From IMG/VR virus record IMGVR_UViG_3300022848_000005: a DNA stretch of 64,000 nt; one strand, given 5' to 3'. This DNA is from a virus (Duplodnaviria > Caudoviricetes). How positions within the stretch are numbered: the first letter of the stretch is position 1; every line of letters starts with the position of its first letter. This document shows positions 28,695-38,236 of the stretch, one piece after another. The notes below the pieces were generated by a model that was not told where the DNA came from, made no database searches, and saw only the letters and a program-made list of their open reading frames with translations. Made by a program: the position numbers and the translations under genes.

Positions 28695-29272
28695 TTATAG
28701 TAGCACACCCAGATGACTGTGCTATACTTGCTGGAGGATTTATACAACGATATAAATCCAAGATCAACTTTGATATATGCTATCTAACATATCGACACCA
28801 GGACAGCAGAGCTCGGGAACTTGCCAAATTTTGGTTAGCAAGAAATATCGATACACAGTTTTTAGGCTATGTAGATGACTACCGTGACATGGAACACGGT
28901 ATAAGTTTTGATACTGCACAGGCAGAATTAGATATAATAAGAGTAGTTAAGAAGACACAGGCAGAATTAGATATAATAAGAAAGAAGAACTATGACCTAG
29001 TAGTTACGCATGCCAAGGACGGAGACTATGGACACATACACCACAAGTTTGTACATGAGTGTGTAACAAAGATTGATGTACCCAAGGTTTACTTTGCTAA
29101 CACAGAAGTGTATAATAATAAAATAGTGGAAAAGTCATGGTATACTCTTGATGAGTTACCTCTACATAGTGCTGTTATAAAAGACGAGTGGAGTTATCTA
29201 ACAGGCGAATACTACTATAACATAACAGAGGACGCACACCAAATAATATATGAGAATACTAACACTCAATGA
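28667..29272 (+). CDS. PIG-L/LmbE-family de-N-acetylase
   Basis: VAHPDD and THAKDGDYGHIHH. Confidence 0.8.
   Translation: MDVSKITGLVIVAHPDDCAILAGGFIQRYKSKINFDICYLTYRHQDSRARELAKFWLARNIDTQFLGYVDDYRDMEHGISFDTAQAELDIIRVVKKTQAELDIIRKKNYDLVVTHAKDGDYGHIHHKFVHECVTKIDVPKVYFANTEVYNNKIVEKSWYTLDELPLHSAVIKDEWSYLTGEYYYNITEDAHQIIYENTNTQ
28917..28981 (+). repeat. 26-nt exact direct repeat, 39-nt period, in frame
   Basis: CACAGGCAGAATTAGATATAATAAGA at 28917 and 28956. Confidence 0.9.
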
Positions 29273-29815
29273 CTGACAACACAAAAACAAGCAGTGAAGA
29301 AGACTTTGACTGGTTCAGTAACAATGGTATTTTTATGCCAATGATCAACGACACTGGTAGGAACATTGCATATAAAAAAGCAATTGAGAAAATAGCGCCT
29401 GGCAGTATCATGTGTGACATAGGCACAGGTACAGGATTGTTAAGTATATTAGCCGCCAAAGCTGGAGCCAAAAAAGTCTACAGTATCGAAATGGACAAGG
29501 GCAGGGCTGAGTTTGCAATAAAAATAATTCAAAAACTTGGTCTTGACGATACTATACAAGTCATTAACAAAAATTTTTACAATTGCGACAGAAATGATAT
29601 CCCAGACGATGTGGATTATTTTGTTTCTGAAACAATTGGATCACAAATATTCGACGAAGAAATAATACAAATAGCCAACAAGTCAAAAGAGTAATGTAGA
29701 ACATACCATATGGGGTAGTCCTGCAAAAACAATTTTAGCCAGAGTAAGAAACACAAACGCCGATATAAAAATATGGTACGATCATAAAATAGAAAACTGG
29801 AGACTGAATTACTAA
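29269..29815 (+). pseudogene. Internally deleted, frameshifted PRMT-like paralog
   Basis: The N-terminal half stops at 29694; the +1 frame 29675-29815 resembles the C-terminus of the 27753 paralog and ends at TAATG with the next gene. Confidence 0.7.
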
Positions 29816-30315
29816 TGCGAATTTTAACACTTGAGAATAAATCTTTTGAAATGAACGCAATACCTGATGACGTAGGTGATTTGCGTTTCTGCGTACTAGA
29901 CAACTCAGATGCCAAGGATCCAGATTATTTCTTTATCCCATTAATCTTTATGGAATCATTTAATAGTCCTGCACTTGTGTTAAACATTGGCAATAATATT
30001 ATCAAGATGCCGGTAGACTGGCAAATTCTAATTGGTGAGCCTGATTTAGGTGACCTAGAAGTACTTCCTCTCACAAGTGTTAATGACAGAGGGTTTAGTG
30101 CGTTTGCGTTTAATCCTCGTAGCAGTTATCGACCTGAGTTTTACCCAATAGAAATAGTTGACATATACCAAGATGTAAAGTGGTACTTTCCTAAACTTAA
30201 ACCTGGACAGCTATTGGCAGTGCCACTGACTAAGGGCGATAAACCACTGTGTGCATATTTCGTTAAAGATATAAGCAGACAAAGTGAAGTTGTAGATTAC
30301 AGCAAAGTATGGTAG
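29815..30315 (+). CDS. Hypothetical protein in replication module
   Basis: ORF track; coupled upstream of the gp62-like gene. Confidence 0.7.
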   Translation: MRILTLENKSFEMNAIPDDVGDLRFCVLDNSDAKDPDYFFIPLIFMESFNSPALVLNIGNNIIKMPVDWQILIGEPDLGDLEVLPLTSVNDRGFSAFAFNPRSSYRPEFYPIEIVDIYQDVKWYFPKLKPGQLLAVPLTKGDKPLCAYFVKDISRQSEVVDYSKVW

Positions 30316-30776
30316 ATAAGTTATCAATTAAAAACGAAATGGCCATGGTTGATGGCAAGGTGCGTGATTTCTACGACGACCTTACTGAAGATGAACGTAA
30401 GAAGTTTAGTCCTTATGTACTAATGAAGTTTTCAGCAAACGTGTCTGGCAACCTGGACCTTGCTGAGTATTACTTGCGTAGGTGCAATGACACAACAAAT
30501 AAAGACTTCTTTAACATTAACAAACACCCCAAACTTCAGTGGTTATGCACAACAACCATAAGTCCTAAGATGGGAAACACATACCATTATTGGTTAACAA
30601 CTCCTAAGAACGGCAGTACCAGTAACAAGGAGCGCAAGTTCTTGCAACAGATATACCCCAATGCCAAGGAAGATGAGTTGGAGTTATTGGTGAAAATTAA
30701 CACCAAAGCCGACCTTAAGGAACACGCTCGACAACTAGGTTGGTCTGACAAAGAGATTAAAGATGCCTTTAAATAA
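30309..30776 (+). CDS. gp62-like clamp-loader small subunit
   Basis: FSPYVLMKF, HPKLQW and C-terminal YPNAKEDELELL resemble T4-like gp62. Confidence 0.6.
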   Translation: MVDKLSIKNEMAMVDGKVRDFYDDLTEDERKKFSPYVLMKFSANVSGNLDLAEYYLRRCNDTTNKDFFNINKHPKLQWLCTTTISPKMGNTYHYWLTTPKNGSTSNKERKFLQQIYPNAKEDELELLVKINTKADLKEHARQLGWSDKEIKDAFK

Positions 30777-31341
30777 ATTTCTTGGCTACAACACAAGTCA
30801 CACTGTGATTAATGGTGAACATTTTTATCAGATAAAAGACTTCCTTGATGACAGTACTCAACTGCAAATGGTTGCAGATATTGATCGCTTTAAAAGAGAA
30901 CATCAGGGAATTCATCCACATGTAGCTGGAAACTCAGTAACTGATATGCATACTCGTGAACAGTTTCAAACTACATTGTGGCGGACATTTTACGATACTA
31001 TTGTTAAGATTGTGTCAGAAATTGAGGGGCAGGAGTTGCACATAATTAACGCATGGTCAGCAACAGCACATGCAAACAATGTCGATGACTCCTACTGGCA
31101 TCAACACTTAACTGCTTATTCATTGGTGTACTATCTACGTAATTTTGATCCTGCTCATGGCACACACTGGAAACCAGCTGACGATGAGGAGTTTATGATA
31201 TTTGGTTATGAGAACAGCATATCATTTTTTACTGCCAACTGGTCACATGATGGCGTAATGCCTCGCTGGAGACGAGAGCAGTATCTAACTGAACATCCAA
31301 GGCATGTACTAGCGGCAGAGATAGCCTGGGGGCCTGGATGA
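30763..31341 (+). CDS. 2OG-Fe(II) oxygenase-like protein
   Basis: WHQH...SLVYYL...ISFF...SHDG...R pattern. Confidence 0.55.
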   Translation: MPLNKFLGYNTSHTVINGEHFYQIKDFLDDSTQLQMVADIDRFKREHQGIHPHVAGNSVTDMHTREQFQTTLWRTFYDTIVKIVSEIEGQELHIINAWSATAHANNVDDSYWHQHLTAYSLVYYLRNFDPAHGTHWKPADDEEFMIFGYENSISFFTANWSHDGVMPRWRREQYLTEHPRHVLAAEIAWGPG

Positions 31342-32072
31342 TATCACATGTTGTAGCCAACGGGTGCAGTTACATGGACACGTATACTAGAGGCCGAGGT
31401 CATGACGACCTAGCATTAAATCTGCAAATGCAAAGTGAAGACATCAGTATTACAGGCAGTGCGAACAGTAGAATTATAAGAACAACACTCAAACATAGTT
31501 ACGAGTCAGAATACAAGTCACTGTATGTTATTGGACTTACCTTTATCAGCAGAGAAGAATTACCTATTTGCCGTTACGATGAGTACTCTTTTCCTAAGGA
31601 ACAAGACATATGGGAAGGGGCGTGGTCTAATCCACAAAATCAACAATTTGGTAAGAATAGATGGATACCCCAATGGACTGATGCTGATACAAAACAATGG
31701 AAACTGTTTAGAGAAAAGTACGAAGTAGGCACCATGGTGGATAGACTAGAAAACCTTATGTACCAAATGTTGTCATTGATTGATAGTTTGACACAACGTG
31801 GACATAGCTGTATAATATATCAACAAGCAGACCATTGGTGGGACGGTATGTTGCCTGAAGAGTTCAACAGGATACGGCTATTAGCAGGACATAAAAATAT
31901 CATAGGTGATTTTAAGTGGTGTGCAATACGAGAACAACACCGAGCAGGAGTGGCATGTGTGCCTGGCGAAGAACACATTGAGGCTGAAATTCGACACAGA
32001 CAACCTGGCGAACACAAGTGGTTGAATGATTATTTGGAAACGCATATAAGAAAACATGAGTTACACCTGTAA
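31338..32072 (+). CDS. SGNH-hydrolase-like protein
   Basis: ANGCSY, TGSANSRI, C-terminal RH. Confidence 0.5.
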   Translation: MISHVVANGCSYMDTYTRGRGHDDLALNLQMQSEDISITGSANSRIIRTTLKHSYESEYKSLYVIGLTFISREELPICRYDEYSFPKEQDIWEGAWSNPQNQQFGKNRWIPQWTDADTKQWKLFREKYEVGTMVDRLENLMYQMLSLIDSLTQRGHSCIIYQQADHWWDGMLPEEFNRIRLLAGHKNIIGDFKWCAIREQHRAGVACVPGEEHIEAEIRHRQPGEHKWLNDYLETHIRKHELHL

Positions 32073-32739
32073 GTATTGTACCAAGAGCTATCGCAAGGAA
32101 TCAACACTTGCGGTACATCTTTGCGAGCCCAAACGTAGAGTACAACAAGAGTCTGAAACAGGTGTGCAGTTTGGACTCAGGGCATATAAGCGTTTTTATG
32201 AGATAACTCAAGGGTCAGCACGTACTAAAGACTACGAGGACTTTGCTAAGAGCCCATACTATATTGCATTTGTAAAGTTTGGACGTTATTGTGTAGACAT
32301 ACGTGCCATAAACTTTGTGAACTTTTGTGAATGGTTACTGAAAAACAATAAAAAGATTGACCACTGGACAAAAGACAAGTTGTACCAAGAATGGATGTTG
32401 CCCTACATAAAACGTGAACAGTCACAAGACGCACTTGAACGTGGTGTTAAAGAAATGTTGGACTATTGCGAGGAACATCCTGAACTTAAGAATGGTATTA
32501 CGGATTACTTTAGATATGCTAACAGCAATCGTATATGTCATCACATCAGCACAGGCAGAGTAAGCGCATGGCTAGTGTTTAATAGCGACAGCGGACGAGA
32601 GTTTTTAGATACATTGAATGAAGAACAACTTGCTATTGTGTATCCTTACATTGACCCAGAGTACTGGCAACGTAGGTTTATAGATTTTGTAGCAGACACA
32701 GAGTGGGTTACACAGGCACTTAAGGACATTAGGCTATGA
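32056..32739 (+). CDS. Hypothetical protein with N-terminal Zn-finger
   Basis: CKYC...HLC. Confidence 0.65.
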   Translation: MSYTCKYCTKSYRKESTLAVHLCEPKRRVQQESETGVQFGLRAYKRFYEITQGSARTKDYEDFAKSPYYIAFVKFGRYCVDIRAINFVNFCEWLLKNNKKIDHWTKDKLYQEWMLPYIKREQSQDALERGVKEMLDYCEEHPELKNGITDYFRYANSNRICHHISTGRVSAWLVFNSDSGREFLDTLNEEQLAIVYPYIDPEYWQRRFIDFVADTEWVTQALKDIRL

Positions 32740-33305
32740 AGTTTCAAGCAGATATTGACATAGACTTTGGTGCCAGAGATCGAATACTCGAACACATTAA
32801 ACATATTCCTGCCAGCATATATCGCAATGAAGAGTTTGTGCCGCATAACACAGGCGTGTATGTAAATAATATACCACAACACCCAATAACTAAGTTAGCA
32901 AGCATTGACCATAAAGAAGCAGAACAGCGTGGTTATGTTAAACTAGACTTTCTAAATGTTAGTGTGTATCAGCAGATTCAGTCAGAAGAAGAGCTTGATG
33001 TGTTAATGGCCACAGAGCCTCCCTGGGCTAGATTACAAGACCCAGAGTTTGTAAAGAACATCATACATATCAGCAACCATTATGATATTGTTCAAAAACT
33101 AAAACCTCAGACTGTTGATGAGATGGCGGCTGTACTAGCAATCATACGTCCCAGTAAACGGTATTTGTTAAACAAAGACTGGGCGACTATTAATCAGGAA
33201 GTATGGACTACACCCAGAGATGGCAGTTACTACTTCAAGAAAAGTCATGCAACTAGTTATGCATATCTTGTAATAGTGCATATGAACTTGTTAAATATGA
33301 TATGA
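32736..33305 (+). CDS. Miniature DnaE (family C polymerase) palm-like protein
   Basis: ADIDIDF, HNTGVY, KLDFLN, FKKSHATSYA match DnaE PDxDxDF, HAAGV, KxDFLG, FNKSH motifs. Confidence 0.8.
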   Translation: MKFQADIDIDFGARDRILEHIKHIPASIYRNEEFVPHNTGVYVNNIPQHPITKLASIDHKEAEQRGYVKLDFLNVSVYQQIQSEEELDVLMATEPPWARLQDPEFVKNIIHISNHYDIVQKLKPQTVDEMAAVLAIIRPSKRYLLNKDWATINQEVWTTPRDGSYYFKKSHATSYAYLVIVHMNLLNMI

Positions 33306-34237
33306 AAATCTATATTGATCACGTAGCTGAGTGTATGCAAGATTTTGTTGAGTATACTCTAAACACTGTTTTTGTTACCGGAAATTTTAGTATCACTTTG
33401 GCGCAGACGAGGTCAATGCAAGAACGTATCTTTTCAGTTAACAATGCCACACTAAACAATCTGGATGGTGATAACAGAATCTATATCGAGTTTACTCAGG
33501 AAGACCTTTTACATATATCACAGATATCGTTAAATCTGCCTAAAAGAATAAGATTAGGATCGGAAGGGGATCTGTCTGTAGATACAATCAGTAAGTTATC
33601 CAACAATTATTATCAACAAGCTCTAGACGATATTATAAAACTAACTGACGTTATACCAGACTTCTACAATGAAGTAAAAGGATCTGATTGGCCCAATATT
33701 AAGACTATTACAGAATTTTACGAACTACCAGTTCACATTGTTGACGAATGTGCTAAACAATTTGGGTTCTCTCCTAAGTTGTTAACCAAGGAATATCCCG
33801 ACGCCAGTGGACCTCTACTGCGTAAGTACTTTACTAACTGGTTCTCCGGAGTTAACCCATTTATGCAAAAACAAGATGAGGTTGTGTACACAAGCAATCA
33901 AAACGTTTACAAGTTACCGTTTTTAGATATCTTTAATACTGATAACATGTTGCAACACATAGATGATATTGCAAAACAGTTTGGGTTAACATTGGTGGAT
34001 AAGAAAGAACTGTCTAGGAATCTCAAGGATTCACGACACTTTCACGAAACTTTTGTGAAAAGACAGCAGTGTGTGGGATTAAAGAAAGAGGTAGACGACA
34101 TATTAGAACAGTCTAGGGGTGTGCGTATTGATTTAACAATAATGCAGGAATCTTACTTAAATGCAAAATTAGGAGGAGTACTGACAGATTTGCCCCGTAT
34201 AGACAACACATCTATAATTTTTGATGCTATTGGGTAG
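33302..34237 (+). CDS. Hypothetical protein
   Basis: ORF track; KGSDWP motif. Confidence 0.6.
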   Translation: MKIYIDHVAECMQDFVEYTLNTVFVTGNFSITLAQTRSMQERIFSVNNATLNNLDGDNRIYIEFTQEDLLHISQISLNLPKRIRLGSEGDLSVDTISKLSNNYYQQALDDIIKLTDVIPDFYNEVKGSDWPNIKTITEFYELPVHIVDECAKQFGFSPKLLTKEYPDASGPLLRKYFTNWFSGVNPFMQKQDEVVYTSNQNVYKLPFLDIFNTDNMLQHIDDIAKQFGLTLVDKKELSRNLKDSRHFHETFVKRQQCVGLKKEVDDILEQSRGVRIDLTIMQESYLNAKLGGVLTDLPRIDNTSIIFDAIG

Positions 34238-34607
34238 GTTTTCGTACTAGTGTTATTGCCCTACGTTTTGTTCGTTTTAAACTTAGGTTTTTAAGACTCA
34301 ACTGAGGACCATACTTAATAACAACGTCTTTGCTGTTAAACGTTTTAAGGAATACCTTAAATACTTTCCAGTCGTTTTTTAAAAACACATTAATAGGCAT
34401 TAATCTATTAGATTCCCACCACCAGGAATCTGCCAGTTCTAAGAATTGTAGACGTTCTTCAGGGGACTTTAACGCAGAATAATCATATAGCGTGGTAATA
34501 ATTTCATCGTAATTTTGTATTATGCCGATGTAATCGTTGCCTCCATAGACAACATAACTCAAAAAAGGATATTTGTCTAAGAGTTGATGGAATTTGTTGT
34601 CTGTCAC
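34227..34607 (-). CDS. Hypothetical protein
   Basis: ORF track (to 34637); GTG 34607 is the likelier start. Confidence 0.65.
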   Translation of the reverse strand: MTDNKFHQLLDKYPFLSYVVYGGNDYIGIIQNYDEIITTLYDYSALKSPEERLQFLELADSWWWESNRLMPINVFLKNDWKVFKVFLKTFNSKDVVIKYGPQLSLKNLSLKRTKRRAITLVRKPTQ

Positions 34608-34609
34608 AA

Positions 34610-34615
34610 TAAATA
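34610..34615 (+). promoter_or_regulatory. Late promoter core TAAATA, leaderless
   Basis: 4 nt upstream of ATG 34620. Confidence 0.55.
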
Positions 34616-34619
34616 CAAT

Positions 34620-35378
34620 ATGCAATTCATTACTCAATATTTATATAGGCAAAAGATACCTTGCCAAATAGTAGAACTTTTGGACACCAACAGAAGGACA
34701 GTCAGTGTGTATAATAGAGACATAAAAGCCTACCGTGGGGTAGCAAATAAATTCTTAATCGAAATTAAAAACCAAGATCAGAAACCCATTAATATCAGCG
34801 ATCGTACAATTAAGTTAAATGTGCTAAATCCAGAGACTAATTCGGTTTATAGCACAACCACTGCCATTATTCATAGTGCCAGTAAAGGTCAGGCACTAGT
34901 GACACTAGATGACAATAACTTACTGGACTTACCTGCTACCTATTACAATTACACCGTGGCAGTAACAAGTGGTGAGGGTAATGACGAGATTGCATATGCT
35001 GACGACAACTATGGGGTGCGTGGCACACTGCAAGTATTAGATGGTCACTATCCAACGTTTACAGCCTCAACTGAGCTCACTGTTAATGCTGATAGTAATG
35101 TAACAAGTTATGTTATCAGTGACAAGAGTTCCAACCAGGGTAGTAAGTTGCATACTGCGGCATTTTACCTAAGCAACTATACAGGTAATATCCTTATTGA
35201 AGGCACACTGGACGATACTCCAAACTACGCTAGTGCAAATTACTTTACCGTACAGACAAAAACATATGCCAGTGCAACAGGTACGTACTATGCAACCTGG
35301 ACAGGTAACTATAGAGCTGTAAGGTTCACTCAAGTAAAAACTTCAGGGAGTATAACCAAAATACTATATCGTGGCTAA
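34620..35378 (+). CDS. Putative beta-rich virion structural protein (BppU N-terminal-like)
   Basis: Thr/Ser/Asn-rich beta-strand pattern; late promoter. Confidence 0.5.
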   Translation: MQFITQYLYRQKIPCQIVELLDTNRRTVSVYNRDIKAYRGVANKFLIEIKNQDQKPINISDRTIKLNVLNPETNSVYSTTTAIIHSASKGQALVTLDDNNLLDLPATYYNYTVAVTSGEGNDEIAYADDNYGVRGTLQVLDGHYPTFTASTELTVNADSNVTSYVISDKSSNQGSKLHTAAFYLSNYTGNILIEGTLDDTPNYASANYFTVQTKTYASATGTYYATWTGNYRAVRFTQVKTSGSITKILYRG

Positions 35379-36093
35379 ACGTATAGTATGTTTTGGCGAC
35401 AGTTGGACTTACGGATCAGATTTAGTTGATCCTGCACTTGTTCCTAAATTAGAAAGTGAAGGTTACGGCGTTGACGACGCTGAATACAAATACTTTCACG
35501 AAAATCTTCCTTACAGAGAAGAACATAGATATTCCAGTCTACTCGAAAAAGCATTAGGTACTCCTGTTTTAAATTTATCTAAACCTGCCGATAGTTTAAT
35601 AGGTATGCGTGTTAAATTTATAGAATGGGTGCACCAGCAACCCAAAGATTGTTCAGACAGTCTAATAATATTTGCCACAACCTCACATGAGAGATACAGT
35701 TTTTACTCAGCAAAGGACAAGCAATGGCTAAGCAGTGGCTACTTGCAATACGGTGATCAGCACCAGCCTTTAGTTGAACACTGGAAAAGACATTTGGTGC
35801 ATAGCAGTGGTCCAGAACTGCATGATTATACGTTATTGGATTTTGTTATGTCATCAAGAGCACTTTGTAAAGAACGTAATATGAAATGGGTGTATGCTCC
35901 TGTTTTTCCAAAACGCACTCAAGGCAACATCGACGACAAGTTTGTTACAGAATGGAGTATGATGGATGTATGCACACACCGAGCAATGGAAGGACATAAA
36001 GTCTGGGCATGGGGAGAACATCCCAACGAGCTTGGTCACCAATTTATAGCAAAATACTTGATAAGTTTTATGAAAGAGTGTAAACTTATATAG
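35371..36093 (+). CDS. SGNH-hydrolase-like protein
   Basis: CFGDSWTYG block I; C-terminal EHPNELGH. Confidence 0.6.
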   Translation: MAKRIVCFGDSWTYGSDLVDPALVPKLESEGYGVDDAEYKYFHENLPYREEHRYSSLLEKALGTPVLNLSKPADSLIGMRVKFIEWVHQQPKDCSDSLIIFATTSHERYSFYSAKDKQWLSSGYLQYGDQHQPLVEHWKRHLVHSSGPELHDYTLLDFVMSSRALCKERNMKWVYAPVFPKRTQGNIDDKFVTEWSMMDVCTHRAMEGHKVWAWGEHPNELGHQFIAKYLISFMKECKLI

Positions 36094-37118
36094 TGAATAT
36101 TATACAGCAAACAGTCTTAGATAAATTGCCCTCAAAACGCAAGACAGCACCAAGTGGCTGGACTAGCTTTAATGCACAGTGCTGTACACATTTAGGCCAT
36201 AGTCAAGACACCAGAGGTAGGGGCGGTATTATAACTGCACCAGACGGTTCGATATCCTACCACTGTTTTAACTGTAATTTTAAAAGCACCTGGCGTCCAG
36301 GGTGGCATTTTAACTTCAAGTTTCGTAGACTGTTATCCTGGTTTGGGGTAGCACAGAATGATGTACAACGTTTGGTGTTTGAAGCCATGCGTATCAGAGA
36401 AGAGCTTGTTGATGTTGTTGAAGAGATTGACAAACAGCAGGAAAAAATAGAGTTCGACCCAAGGCCACTGCCTGAAGAAAGTGCAGATATTAGACAAGTT
36501 GCCACAATGATGGCATTAGATCCCAATTACGAAATAACTCAGAACTTCAGAGATGTTGTCGGCTATGCAGTTGAGCGAAAGATTAACACACAACGCTATC
36601 CTATATTTTATAGCACCAGCAGTAATGTTAATATGGATAGGCGAGTTATTATACCGTTTACCTGGCAGGACAAGATAATAGGATATACTGCAAGAGCAAT
36701 GGATCCCAGCATAAAGCCCAAGTACTTTAACAGTTATGATAGCAATTATGTATTCAATACAGATGCACAAACCAAGGACACCAAGTTTGTTATTGTGTGT
36801 GAAGGTCCTTTTGATGCAATGGCAGTTGATGGAGTTGCTATATTAAGTAATAACATAAACGACACACAGGCTGAAATAATTGATAGGTTGGGTAAACGAG
36901 TAATTGTGGTACCAGACTTTGATCGAGCAGGACAGCGTATGATACAAGACGCAATAGAATATGACTGGGAAGTTAGTTTCCCTACATGGTCAGAAACCTG
37001 TAAAGATGTTGGAGAAGCGGTACAACGATATGGTAAATTATTTGTAGTAAAAAACATCTTAGATAACGCACAGGCAAGTAAACTAAAGATTAATTTAATG
37101 CGTAAAGCAATAAAATAA
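36093..37118 (+). CDS. DNA primase (DnaG-like, Zn finger plus TOPRIM)
   Basis: CC..H...HCFNC; VCEGPFDAM; VPDFD. Confidence 0.88.
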   Translation: MNIIQQTVLDKLPSKRKTAPSGWTSFNAQCCTHLGHSQDTRGRGGIITAPDGSISYHCFNCNFKSTWRPGWHFNFKFRRLLSWFGVAQNDVQRLVFEAMRIREELVDVVEEIDKQQEKIEFDPRPLPEESADIRQVATMMALDPNYEITQNFRDVVGYAVERKINTQRYPIFYSTSSNVNMDRRVIIPFTWQDKIIGYTARAMDPSIKPKYFNSYDSNYVFNTDAQTKDTKFVIVCEGPFDAMAVDGVAILSNNINDTQAEIIDRLGKRVIVVPDFDRAGQRMIQDAIEYDWEVSFPTWSETCKDVGEAVQRYGKLFVVKNILDNAQASKLKINLMRKAIK

Positions 37119-38236
37119 TGGACCCAAAACAAAAGTTTTTTCTTTTTAAACAGTCACGCAATTTTTGTGCGGTGCCCTGGAACCACTTCAAAGTTGAAAT
37201 GGATGGCACAGTAAAAACCTGCGTACATGGTATGGATACGTTGGGCAACTTATCCACCGACAACATTGATAGCATTTTACATAGCCCTGTAGTAAAGGAT
37301 ATAAGACAAACTCTGTATCAGGATAAGCCGCATAAAAATTGCACACATTGCACCAGACACGAGGACGAAAGTGATCACAAGTACCTAAGAGATCTTTACA
37401 ATCCCATGTTTAAGTTTGAGGACATAGATTACAGTGACGATTCTGCATTCCAACTAAGAGCAGTTGATCTACATTGGAGTTCTACCTGTAACTTAAAGTG
37501 TATTACGTGTTGGGCAAATCAGAGTAGCAGTATTGCACAGGAACAGGGCAAACCAGTCTTACATACACCCAATGACCAAGCAGACAAGATAATAGACATA
37601 ATTGTCGACAACCAGCACAACCTTAAAGAAATATACCTGAGTGGCGGTGAGCCTACCCTCATTAAGCATAATCAAAGACTGTTAAAGCGTTTGGACAAGA
37701 ATATAGATTGTCAGTTTAGAATTAACACTAACATGATGTTCGAACAAGACAATGCCATAATAAACGAAATATTAAAGTTTAAAAATGTATTGTTTACAAT
37801 AAGTGCTGACTCTACAGCAGATAGGTTTAATTATATTAGACGTGGGGCAGACTGGCAGAAGTTCCTAACAAATCTAACATGGTTACAGCAGAGTCACGCT
37901 AAGTTTAGGTTAAACAGTGTGTTCTTCATAGCAAGTGCGTTGTATCTGACAGACTGTCAGAAGTTTTTCCACAATAATTTTGGTATAACAGATTTTACAA
38001 TTAACCAAGTCCTCATGGACCATACTGTTATTAAGTGTCGCAACCTATCACACTCCCTTAAAGAAGATTGTAAAACTAAAATACTTGCACATAAACAGGA
38101 GTTTGCTGATAATGCAAACTTATGTAATGAGTTAGATGCTTGCCTACAAGAATTAAATTGTGATAAGGCAGATGACTATACATCTTTCTTTACACAGTTT
38201 CCAGGCAACTGGCAAGAGGTATTTCCTGAACTATGA
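37118..38236 (+). CDS. Radical SAM protein with N-terminal twitch-like module
   Basis: CNLKCITC, GGEP, FCAVPW...DGTVKTC...CTHC. Confidence 0.9.
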   Translation: MDPKQKFFLFKQSRNFCAVPWNHFKVEMDGTVKTCVHGMDTLGNLSTDNIDSILHSPVVKDIRQTLYQDKPHKNCTHCTRHEDESDHKYLRDLYNPMFKFEDIDYSDDSAFQLRAVDLHWSSTCNLKCITCWANQSSSIAQEQGKPVLHTPNDQADKIIDIIVDNQHNLKEIYLSGGEPTLIKHNQRLLKRLDKNIDCQFRINTNMMFEQDNAIINEILKFKNVLFTISADSTADRFNYIRRGADWQKFLTNLTWLQQSHAKFRLNSVFFIASALYLTDCQKFFHNNFGITDFTINQVLMDHTVIKCRNLSHSLKEDCKTKILAHKQEFADNANLCNELDACLQELNCDKADDYTSFFTQFPGNWQEVFPEL

